A stretch of DNA of 64,000 nucleotides from Vitrella brassicaformis CCMP3155 (lineage: Eukaryota; Protista; Chromerida). The stretch lies in the NCBI GenBank assembly GCA_001179505.1, contig CDMY01000781.1, forward strand, positions 124,001 to 188,000, written 5' to 3'. The position numbers were made by a program, and so were the translations under genes. The notes beneath the pieces were generated by a model. It saw only the letters and a program-made list of their open reading frames with translations, had not been told where the DNA came from and searched no databases. Positions 40,714-51,942 of the stretch are shown one piece after another; the stretch's first letter is position 1, and every line of letters starts with the position of its first letter.

Positions 40714-43700
40714 GGGGGGGGGGGGGGGGGGGGTTGAGTGAGTCAGTGAGTCAGTCTTGCGTTTGAATCATTTCTTGGTGGCCGCTGGAGTTTCTCAAGG
40801 ACACAGCATAGCATGCATGGCTGCGTTGACGCTGCTGCTTGACTGTTGCTGACACACGGTTTTTTCCCTGCTGCCTGGTCGGCACGGATGACATGGCCTG
40901 CAGACAGACAGAGATTGCTGGGATGGGTGGGCGAGGGAGTGTTTTGCTCAGTTCACTCTCTGCCTGCTGCTGCATGTACGTGTCAGGTCAGTGCGCGTGT
41001 GCGCCTGTACGGTGCGTCTCAGTCAGGGCCATGTCTGTCTATCTCTCTGTGTGTGTTGTCATCCGTCGGTCTGTATGTATGTCTGTCTGTCTGTCCGTCT
41101 GTCTGTATGTCTCTGTGTATGTCTGTCCGTCTACACACGCGTACGTAGACGAACGACCCTCTCTCGCCTCGCCGGTCGGTCGGTTCATTCGCTCGATGTG
41201 ATTGATGCCTTTTTCGGTTCGGTTCAGTTCGGTTCGCTTGTGCGTGCGTACGTAGGGTGCATTCATTGCGTCCATACGGCCTGCCTGCCTACATGAGAGA
41301 CTGACTCCTTTGACTGACTGACTGCCCTTGAGTGCCTGCCTGCCTGCCTGCCTTTGTGTCTGGATGTGCGTGAGTGGCGTGCTTTCAAGACGGCTCGTTG
41401 GCTGCCTGCCTGCATCCATTCTATGGCATTCAGGAAGCCACTCGTCCTGTCAGTGTCATGTGTGTGTCTACGCACCGTACGTATGCATCGCTGTTTGCGT
41501 ATCGTCGGCTCGTTTCTTTTGCGGAGGGAGTTCTCTCCCTCCGCCCGCAGACCAGACCACTGACTGCATTGTCTGTGCTTATTGCCCCCTGCCTGTCTGC
41601 CTGCCTGTCTGCTTCACGCCCGCGCAAAGAGAGGACGGGCGATTTTGGTCGTGCCAGCCAGCCAGTTGCCTGCCGGTTCTGTGACCGATTTTCTTCCTTC
41701 TCGGAACGGAAACAATGAGGATGTCACTCTCGCTCCCTCAGTGCTCTCCATCCAGTGTGTCAGTGCTTTGTTTATCACTCTTTATCTACCCTGCCAACCA
41801 TCGGCTTGCTTGCTTGCTTTCTTTCGTGACATATGCATGTGATGTCGTAGGGGTTTGGGGCGGGAAGCGAAGGCGCACAAGTAGTAGAGTGGTCGAAGAA
41901 GTAGTGGAGTGAACGAGGCAACCAACACACATTCATTCACTGCTGTCAAGGATGGATGGATGGTTGGGTCAGGATCGCTTCTGCTGCTTGCTCGAGTGCC
42001 CTGCAGCTTGACTGCGTGTTTGCGGAGTATACAGATCCTGCTGCACGCTGCCTGCTGGGAGCTCGGCGGAGCAGCAGAAGCCACCCAGATCACGACATGG
42101 CTGCATTCATTCATTCATGCCCATGGAACGTGTGTGGACCACTGACTTACTGCCTTGCCAGCCTGATGATCGATCCATTAATTCCCTTTGCCTGCACTCC
42201 CTCGCTCCTTCGTGATGGCTCTGAGTACCACTGCTGACTGGCAGAGAGACGACAGACAGACAAAAAGACAGACAGACAGAGAGGGAGGGAGACAGGCATT
42301 GAGCAGATCGAGAGAGCGAGCCATACACGACACGGCCAACTGATGCGCCCCGTTGCTACTCGTCGCTGTTTCCCACTCACCTCTTCACTGCCCGACGGAA
42401 CGAAACCAGTGTTTGCTGCTCTGTGCTGCATTCGGCATCTCATGAGCGTTTCCCTTCCTGTCTGCTGCACGTCTGCTGCCTGTCTGCCTGCGTGTCGATA
42501 TCTAAATGGATGCCCGTGAGTGCATGTGTGTGAGAGTTTTGGTGTCCCTCCCTCCGTCCCTCCCTCCCTCCGTCCCTCCCGCCCGCCACACACAGCAGTC
42601 AGTCCGTCAAAAGAGAAGACGTCTCTAACCCGTGTCTGGGCGGGTTTTGTGCAATTTTGCCCCCCCGTGTGCGTGTGTGATCTTCGTGCCCTGCAGTGTC
42701 CCGTGCATTCCTACCTATGTTTGTTGTTCGTTCCCTGTTGGTTGGGTATTTTTGGTCATGCTCACCAGACAGAGACACAGACAGACAAAGAAACAGACAG
42801 ACAGACAGACAGAGAGAGAAGCCGACAGAGAGGAGCCGGCACGTGGGTGCAGGCTGGCGCAGATTGACGGATGGATGGAAAGACGGATGGATGGATTCGA
42901 TGCACTCACTCCTCACTTGGTGCGTACTACACACCGACCTGCCTACACTGTCACGACGTATTGTGTATTGTATTATGACTTATTTATGCCGCTATCGACA
43001 CACTCACTCCTTCACTGTTCCACGCGACACGACAGATCTTCTTTCACACAGACAGATAGAAGACAGACAGACGGACACAAAGAGAGCTGGCCCTCTCTCT
43101 CCGCCTCTCTCACTCCTGTCTCACGGACGCCTGCTCTTGGCTGCCTGGAGCTGGTGAATTGTGACGTAGGTCTGAGGGACGCGGAGGGAACGGCCGGTTC
43201 GGTTCCCTAGAGTTTTGACTGATCGATTGACCGATTGATGACGCTGTCCTGTCATGCATCCCATCCACATGGGGGACATTATGGTATGATGGTATGAAAG
43301 TGCGTACTACGTACACTCCACGTGGAACCCCGCATCACCCACCTCTATCGCCGCCTGGCCTGGCTGGCCACCGTGCCATGCCAGCCGCTTTCATTCGTGC
43401 ATCATCGAATGATGATTCGTGAGTGAGTGCTTGAGCCAGTGATTTTCTGCCAGCCAGTGCTGTACTGTGAAGGGGAGAGGAAGAGAGCCGGAGAGCGAGG
43501 GGATGGGGGGCGGGGCGGGGCGGGAACTTGTATGTGCAGAGAGTAACGAGCATACCCCACGTGCTTCATCCCTCCCACTGGGGCCTGCCTGAACACCTAC
43601 AGACATAGATGGATACGTACCTGCATCGCATCCTTGTATACTTACACACTCATCGCTCGACTGACGAACGAATGAATGACTCTGGACGGATGGACAGATG

Positions 43701-44327
43701 GAAGCAACCGGTCATTCTTGGCATTTTTGAGAACGAACAGCCAGGACTGGCTGGCTGGCTGGTTGCTTGCTCGATCGATCGATCGGCGGACTCTCTCGAC
43801 TTGTCTGTCTTGTTTTCTCTCTCTAGCAGACTGACTGACTGACTGACCCGGCCGTTTTGGTCGTATTTGTATCGCTATCTATCGCTCGCCCTTCTGTCTG
43901 TCTGTCTGTCTGTCTGTCTATGGATCTGTCTCCTGCTGGCCGGCTGGCTGTCGGCTGCTCCACTGATTGATACATGCATACTGACATACATAGCCGCTCT
44001 CCTCTCCTCTCCTCTCTCTCTTGTCTTGTCTGTCTGCGTCATGATGCGTCGATTCAAGGGATACTGTGGCAGGGCTGCTGCTGCTGCCGGTGGCTGGCTG
44101 GCTGGCTGTGTGTATGAGTGAGTGAGTGTGTGTCCCAGCTGTGTACGGATGATCGATCGACTGCGCATTTGTAATGGGTCCCATAAACACGACCAAATGA
44201 AGCGGTTCATTCCTTCAGGAATCAATCACAGAACTCGAATGTCACGCAGCACACTGAAAAGACCAACAAACCAACCAACCCACCGCCACCCACGCCACTC
44301 GTCTCGTCCCCACCATCCTCGTCTAGT

Positions 44328-44882
44328 CTATCTGGCTGCCGTTGCCGCTCCCTCTTGCTCATCAATCATCTCCTCCACCCACCGCACCACCGCATCCCGC
44401 ATCAGCCGCATCACGACATGCGACGACACCGACGTCGCCGAGTCTATCCTCTCGCCCATAGTCACCTTGTACACATCCAGCCGCTCAGACAACGACTGCC
44501 CCGCGCGGAAGATGGACGCGCCCTCGACGCCCTCTGGCGACACAAACGGCTCCAGCAGAAAGGCCTTGTTGTCGTCGAGTATCCTCTGTATCGCCCTGGC
44601 ATCCTTCTGCGCGTCGACCAGCTTGTCAAGCAGTACGCTGAACCGCCGCCGACGCAGATCTAACAGCTGGCCCGTCGCGCCTGCCCTACTGTCGTCTGGT
44701 GGGAGGCCGCCGAGCCCACGGTTCTGTCCCGGGAAGATAGATAGGCGCGTCAGAGGTCGTCGTTGTATTGCAGCAGGTGAAAAGGCATCGATGAGTGGAT
44801 GGCGCTGGATCTTGAAGCAGTGAGAGAGGAGGACGTCACACGCCAGCAGAAAGAGTAGTAACAAGGCGGGAAGGGAGAACAT
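44328..44882 (-). CDS. Intronless hypothetical protein with a bipartite plastid-targeting-like leader
   Basis: MFSLPALLLLFLLACDVLLSHC followed by F-KIQRHPLIDAFSPAAIQRRPLTRLSIFP (signal peptide, Phe, R/S/P-rich transit-like stretch), then a helical domain LLDKLVDAQKDARAIQRILDDNKAFLLEPF...ERLDVYKVTMGERI. Confidence 0.8.
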   Translation of the reverse strand: MFSLPALLLLFLLACDVLLSHCFKIQRHPLIDAFSPAAIQRRPLTRLSIFPGQNRGLGGLPPDDSRAGATGQLLDLRRRRFSVLLDKLVDAQKDARAIQRILDDNKAFLLEPFVSPEGVEGASIFRAGQSLSERLDVYKVTMGERIDSATSVSSHVVMRLMRDAVVRWVEEMIDEQEGAATAAR

Positions 44883-44989
44883 GCTCTGCAAGGGGATTGC
44901 GAGCTAAGAGCTTGGCGTTTTACCGGCCTATGTAGTGCATCTTCCTGTGACAAAATCAATACTACGGGCGCCTCACGTATTCATCGAGC

Positions 44990-46515
44990 ATGTCTGGTGC
45001 ATCGGCTGCAGCAGGTGCCGCCCCTCTTCCCGAAGAGCCCGCTGATATAGCCGTCGTGCCGTCGGCGGGCCACTCGCCGAGGCTGAACGGCGCTGCTGCA
45101 GGAGAGGCGTGTGGCGCTATGGTTGAGGAGGAGGAGGAGGAGGAGGAGGAGGAGGAGGAAGAGAAGGACCAGCCGATGGGCGATGAGCATGCTGCATCTG
45201 CATCTGCTGCCTCTGGTGGGGAGGAGAGGAAGCGGCCCCTTGCAGCAGGAGAGGACGACAATACTGGCGACACGCTGCCGCGGAAGAAGAAGGTTAAAGG
45301 GGTGGGCAGGGCAGGGCAGCACGAACGAAAGGGACATCATGATGATATGCAATGCAATGCAATGCATTGCATGAGGGTACGTACGGTGATGAGAGTGCTT
45401 CCTTCCTTCCTTCCTTCCTTTCTTCCTTCAGGGTGTTGGTCAAGGGGCGGGCTCGGACGGGTCAGCTGATGGTGACGACGACGAGAGTGTCATGGATGTG
45501 CCAGACATGGGGGCCGTGCTCAAACGATGCGAGGAGCCATCACCTGACGTAAGTACTTACGAATGAATCACAAGGAATGCAAGGCACGCCTTCTCTTTCT
45601 CACTCATGGCGCTGTGTGTGTGTGTGTGTGTGTGTGTCTGTGTGTGTCAATCCGCCGGTGGGGCAGCTGCCCGGTGCAGACCGTAGGCGGATTTTGGCCA
45701 AGAGCATCGAGGGCCTCATTGAGGAGATCGACACACGACAGAAGGCGCTTGGCGCCATCAACAGGAAGATCGCTCAACTGGAGGTGAGAAGAGAACAAGG
45801 CACCACACCACACCACACGGATGCGTTCGTTGAGTATGTCAGTCAATAGATTGATGCTTACCTAAGTTACGTGCCTGCCTATGCTATGTGTGGGTGTGGT
45901 GTCAGTTTCGGCTGGGCGGTCGTGAGATGATCATCCCTGGGTTGGTGAGAGGGGCTCTGTCGCCGCTTGCCAAGCGGCCCCAGCAGCACCAGATAGACCC
46001 AGCCGCCCTCCCGGCCTTCCTGGACGGATTCCTCAGAGACGAGGGACTCAGAAGTGAGTGAATGAGCCACACAGTCACCATACCATGCACAGTACAGTCA
46101 CCATTGATTGATTGCCTTTGACTGACGTGTTATCCTGTGTGGCTGTGCCTTGCTTGGTGGATGGATGCAGTTGAGTGCCTGCAGGCCTTCGACCGCGCCT
46201 GCAACGTCAAGTTGTCGATGCAGCCCATCCTGGCCCGCTACCGCCCCTACGCCAATATCAAGATTGTGCACAGCGACGTCCACCCGGGCGGCTGTGCGCA
46301 GATCGACTTTTTCCTCCACGGCGACAAGAATGGCTGGCGGTCTGCTCTGGCCCACAAGAGGACACACACGGCCAACTGGGACTTCAGGAGCGTCTGCAGC
46401 GTACTCAAGAACTGGGAAAAGAGCATGATCACAGGTTGGTTCGTTGTGGGCAGAGGGGGGTGGGTCTGTCCGTGTGCCGTGGACCCGTGCGTGTGTCAGC
46501 GACTGGTGTGTGCGT

Positions 46516-46548
<33 letters not shown>

Positions 46549-46967
46549 GCATGGCAGACCCTCCCCCTCAGCACATCTTACATGCCCTCAACTCCGTGCC
46601 TGTGGGCAGTCCCATCCTCGTGGACCTCAACGCGTTGAACCACAAGAGCAGGAGCCCATCCTTTTCTGACCTACCCCACCTGCCCTCCCGCCCCCCGCTG
46701 GCCCGGGCCGCCACTGACGAAGACGACGATGACGTCGAAATCATCGGGGAGGCGTTCAACCCACCGCGACAACCGACCGCCAGACAGCGCACTTCACCCT
46801 CATGCAGGGGGGCAGCAGCAGCAGCAGCAAGTGGCGTTGACATGGCTCAGCCCTTGCCGCCGCCGCCGCATGTGGTCTTCCCTCCGCTGCCCCGCGGGAT
46901 GGTACCGGTGCCATGGATGGGCAGAGCTCAGGCAGACGGCACCGGCAGTGGCAGTCCGAACACCTAG
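44990..46967 (+). CDS. Hypothetical, probably nuclear protein (poly-Glu, NLS-like motif, short coiled coil, SIM-like motif)
   Basis: E13 tract; RKRP-x-PRKKK; LIEEIDTRQKALGAINRKIAQLE; a globular exon (RYRPYANIKIVHSDVHPGGCAQIDFF...); DEDDDDVEIIG. In-frame GT-AG junctions; TAG at 46965-46967. Confidence 0.75.
45125..45163 (+). repeat. (GAG)n coding trinucleotide repeat encoding poly-Glu
   Basis: (GAG)11-GAA-GAG encodes 13 Glu. Confidence 0.95.
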
Positions 46968-47251
46968 GTCTGTGTGTGTGTCTGTGTTTGTGTGTATACC
47001 CACACAGACTGACAGACAGACATTGACGGAGCAAGAAAGACAACAAGCCCAACCGCTGTGTTTGTCTTTCTTGCTGTGTCGATGTCTGCCTGTGTCTGTG
47101 TTTGGTAGATGATGCGGTATGGGCCAGGGAGGGTGCATGGCATGCACTAGAACGAATCGATGGATGCACTCATGCATGAGGGACTGATGACTGACTGGTG
47201 GTGCTCGTGAGCAGCTCAGAGCATTCCATGCTGCTCAGCCGATAGGGTCTG

Positions 47252-47271
47252 AACCCTAAACCCTAAACCCT
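47252..47271. repeat. Short interstitial telomere-like (CCCTAAA)n repeat / telo-box
   Basis: AACCCTAAACCCTAAACCCT followed by degenerate GCACCCTAT, about 110 bp upstream of the ZIP gene ATG. Confidence 0.7.
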
Positions 47272-47381
47272 GCACCCTATACCGTGTGAGTCGTTCTGGT
47301 CGTTACAGTGGCAGGGGCGGCGTGTCTGGCGAGCAGGACTGTCAGTGAGTTTGCCGCCTGTATCAGGCATATATATCAGGC

Positions 47382-50300
47382 ATGTCGTTGATGGAGCACC
47401 TCGAGACTCAGGCTGCATGGGATCGGAAGCTGTCCTCTGACAGCGGATCACCCTCGGGAGAAGTGGACGCCTATGACATTGCGACGGTAAGCACAGGAAC
47501 AGACGCATAGAAGCGGAAAGGTGGATGTCTGATGTCTGATGTGATGTGTGTGTGTGCGCGGCTCGACTCTCTTTCCAGGCGTTTGGCTGGGGATGTGTGT
47601 CAGCCATTTCTCTGGTCATCGGGGCAGCATGGGGGATCATCCAGCTACCCAACCAGTCCGTTCGCGCCACATTCATGGCCTTGTAAGGTTGAACCAACAC
47701 CAACACACCAACCACGACACACACCCAGACATGCGACACACAGCAACCTCCCTCCCTCCCTCCCTCTCTGTGAATCTCTCAGTGGCGGTGGGGCGCTCCT
47801 GTTTGCCCTCACGCTCGAGCTCTTCGGTGAGGCCTTCGCGGCTATGCATCACGGGGAGTCTGACGACGACATCAGCCAAGCGCGGCTCACCATCGGCATT
47901 ATGATCTGCGGCGCCATCGCCGGCGGCCTCCTCTTTGCCGGCCTCAACAAACTGCTCAACGAGAAGGGCGCCTTCCTGCGCAAGCCCGCCCTGGTCAAGG
48001 GGTACCTGAAGAACCTGCGTCGGCTGTTTGCTCAGGGGCTGGTGCACAAGCTGCGGAAGGTGCCGCTGCTGGCAGGGCTGCCCGAGGAGGACCTCTACCA
48101 GCTGACGACAGAGATGGAGAAGGAGAAGTTCCAGGAGGGCGACACCATCTTCCACGACTTGGACGTCTACAGCTCTCTCTACTTCATCATCTCGGGGCAG
48201 GTCAAGATCGAGCTCCGCACACCCGACCTCAAGAAGGTCGACACGCTCGCACTCATCAATCCGAAGGGCCAGGAGGACACCGAGAACAACCATCTGAGCA
48301 ACGGCAATAATACTGGGAACGACGAGAACGGTGCCTTCGACAGCAAGCCGCTGCTGGTGGCCAACGGCTCCTCCTCCCACGAGGCCCGCCCAGAGAGTAT
48401 CTCCATTCAGCTGCCCACAGTGGACGAGGAGGAGGAGGCAAAGATGGAGGGTCCTGACGAGGGCGGCGGGATTCGGCGCTCGGAGAGCATGCACGACCAC
48501 GCTTTGGGCGACATAGTGGACACGTTCATCGCGGGCCCCAACGACCTGTTTGGGCAGATGTCGTTGCTGGCGGGGATGCCGCTGAGGGCCCAGGCGACGG
48601 CGATGGAGGCGACGCGGGTGCTGCGGATCCCTCACAAGGCGGTGCATCGGCTGCTGACCACCAGCAAGGCGCTGCAGGACCATGTCGAGGGAATGGCCGT
48701 CGAAAGACTTAAGGAAATCGACACCTTCAGACACCTCAGATCAGGTCAGTGAGTAAAGGAGTGAGTGGATCGATGGATGGGGATGGGAGGGGTGTGCTGT
48801 GGCTTCTATGTGTGCATGATATGTATGTGTCCACCTACAGCAACGCTGGCTCGTTTGGTGGGGCGCATGGTGCGCGACGATTTCAATGCGGGGGATGTGC
48901 TGTTCTATGACGTGGATGCCCTCACACCCATCTACTTCGTCGTACTCGGAGAGGTCAGCCAGCCGAAAGGAAGGGTGGTGGGCATGCCTCCCTCGGTCCT
49001 CCTACATGTGTGTGAGAGTGTGGGTGTGGGTGTGTGGGTGTGTGTGTGTCATGATGTCAGATTGAGGTGACATACAACGACGACCGCAACACCACCCGGT
49101 GCTTCACCACCAACTCGATCGTCGGACTCGAACACCTCAGACATGGACGGGCCGTCAGGTACACATACACACACATACACACACATACACACACATACAC
49201 ACACACACACACACGAACATCCCATCCCAGGTGTGTGTCCACCTTGTGTTGTCTTATGCTATGCAGGGCGACGGCCGTCGCACAGGAGCACACCACGGTG
49301 CTCAAGATCCCTCGGTCGGACCTTGACAACCTCACACGCACCGACGAGTCACTCCGCGAGGCACTCACCGCCGACAGAAAGAGCCTGCACGAGAAGCAGC
49401 AGCGGATTCTCAGCGAAGCCGACAAGAAGGCCGGCAAGGGTGTCAGTTTCGCGCCCACACCAGCCGTGAGCCGCCGCCGCATACCCACCATGGCGATGCG
49501 CGTGTCTGAGGCACAGCAAAGGGCGTTTGGGTGGGAGAGAGTGCCTAAGGACATGGTGAGGGCCTGGATGGATGGATGGATGGATGGGCCTCACACAGGG
49601 GAGGGAGATCAAGCGTGTGTGCGCGTGTTTGTGTGTGCGTGTGTGCGTGTGTGGCCAGGATGTGGGCGACTTGAAGGGGCTGGACCATCAGGACATCAAG
49701 CGAGTCCTCTCGACGCCAATCGGCCCCGAAGGTCAGACACAAGCAAGCCCTCACACACACACGCTTTCCTTTCCCGACCTTTTCACAGACATGCATGGCG
49801 CGTCTCTCCGCCGCTTCGCCAGCGGCCTCCCCTCTCCAAAAGCCGCCGTCGAGCGCCGCACCACGGGGGCCCTCGGCATCCGCCGACGCGCATCGTGGGC
49901 AGGGTCCGATACCAGCCCCCATGGGGCAAGAGAGCACCTGACCAGCTTCGAGAACGTCGACCTGCTGTTGACAGACGACGCCGACCCAATCGCCCAGCTG
50001 GAGCAGGCGCACGTGCTGCGTCAGGAGGAGGAAAGCGAGCAGGTCATGGAGAGAGACAAAGGGGAGGTCTCCGAGCACACCCCTTCCACCGCTCCCACAA
50101 GCGTGCCCGCCCCGCCCACGCCGCCGGAGGGGGGCAAGGAGGAGAGAGAGGTGGCTGGTGGCGAGGAGAAGGGGGGCCACGGGGGCAAGAATGCGGCTGT
50201 GATGATTTGGCTGGGGATTCTGATCGACGGCATCCCTGAGAGCATTGTGATCGGCATCCTGTGGGTCACGGCGGGGTACAGCGGGATGCTGGGCTTCCTG

Positions 50301-50812
50301 CTGGGCGTCTTTCTGTCCAACCTCCCCGAAGCCATGTCCAGCTCCGGCACTATGAAGGTCGGTCGGTGAGACAGACAGAGAGACAGTCAGGGGGAGGGAG
50401 GGGACCTCAGAGCTCTCCTACCCTCTGTGTGGGTCCTCCTTGCAGGCTAACGGCATGCGCAAGCGTGTGATAATGAGCATGTGGGGGTCGATCGTCATCA
50501 TCACGGGCATCGGGGCTGCCGTAGGGGCAGCTCTCTTCCCACCCGGCCAGTCGGACAACCCCGAGACGCAGATGATCATCGCAGCCACCAAGGGCCTGGC
50601 CGCGGGGGCGATGCTCACCATGATCGCACAAACCATGCTCCCAGAGGCATTTGATCAGGTAAATGCAGGCGTGGGCGGTGTCCACAGAATGCAGGCGCAC
50701 ACGTGTGTGTGTGTGTGTGTGTGGCATCCATCAGGGTGGCGACATCATCGGTTTGTCGTGTTTGGCCGGGTTTTTGGCCGCCACGGCCGTCAAGCTGCTG
50801 CCCATCAGCTAG
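47382..50812 (+). CDS. ZIP (SLC39/ZupT-like) metal transporter with two cyclic-nucleotide-binding-like domains in the TM3-TM4 loop
   Basis: TM1-3: AFGWGCVSAISLVIG, MAFGGGALLFALTLELF, AIAGGLLFAGLN. cNMP-like 1: LRKVPLLAGL...FQEGDTIF...LYFIISGQVKI...FGQMSLL...ATRVLRI. cNMP-like 2: FNAGDVLF...IYFVVLGEIEV...VGLEHL...TTVLKI. TM4-8: LIDGIPESIVIG, FLSNLPEAMSS, LAAGAMLTMIAQTMLPEAF, GLSCLAGFLAA. Confidence 0.9.
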
Positions 50813-51942
50813 CCTAGCCTCTCTTGGTCGGTTAGTTTTGTAGCTACCTGACCTGACCTGGTCGGTCCCCCCGCTAAATCCGTGGAGTGGACGCATTTTG
50901 CACTCACTGGCGGGTCAATGGAGTGGAACGACCGACCGACCAAACACATATGCACTCTCCTCTGTGTGTGTGTGTGTATACCGGGGTGTGGTACAGTGAT
51001 AGGTAGCGGGGCAGCTAGGTCAGTCAGTCAGTCAGTTAGCCGTGCGGTGAGAGCCTTCCGGTCGGGTCGGGTCAGGTCGGCCCTTTTTCTCCCGGCCGTT
51101 TTCTGAACCAAAGTGGACGGACGCGATATATTCGATTCGTTGCCCCCCTCCCTCCGTCCCATGTTTTCTGATGGGACGACTTGTTGGTCCGCCACTCCCA
51201 CTGCTGCATCTGTGTGCGAGTCAGTGTTTTCTGCCGGCCCCTTTTTGGCGGCCGGACGGACGGACTGTTGCTAATGCATACGTGTGAAGATGATCGAGCA
51301 GCTGGCCGGTGGATGGAAGAGACGAGATCGGGCTGCTCAGATGAGAGAGACGCAAGCGTCGATCTTTCACTCCCCACACACACTCATGGATGGTGAGGTG
51401 AATTGAGTCAAAACGTCAAAACGAATGAATGCATGAGTGACAGTGCACTGACCTGACTGACCCCTCTCCCCCTCGTCTCACTAGATGAATCAACATCACA
51501 GGCAGGCCGCAGCGCTAGGATGACACACGCACACTACACACACACACACACACACACAATCTCTCGGGCACACGAGCATCAGGGCACTCCACGAGCCTCA
51601 CCTTCCAACACAGACATCAACAGCTTCACTTGCACAACAAAGTGCCGGCGAAGCTGTTGAGGTCGGCCTTGGAAGGGGAGGGCCTGGCGAACTGCCGACA
51701 GGAGCAGACAGACAGACAGACAGACAGAGATCAAAACAAAACCGCCCATTCACGACCGACATGACATGACATCCTCCCGGATGTTGATGGAGTCGGCACA
51801 CCCATAAAATGCCCCCCAGCCCCGCCCCCTACGTCCCTCCCTGCATCCATCAGCAGGTCAAGTCAACAAAGAAAGCCCTCGGCGCGTGTGTGCAGTGCAT
51901 CCCTTCAGGACCCACACACCCACACACACACACCCATCTACT

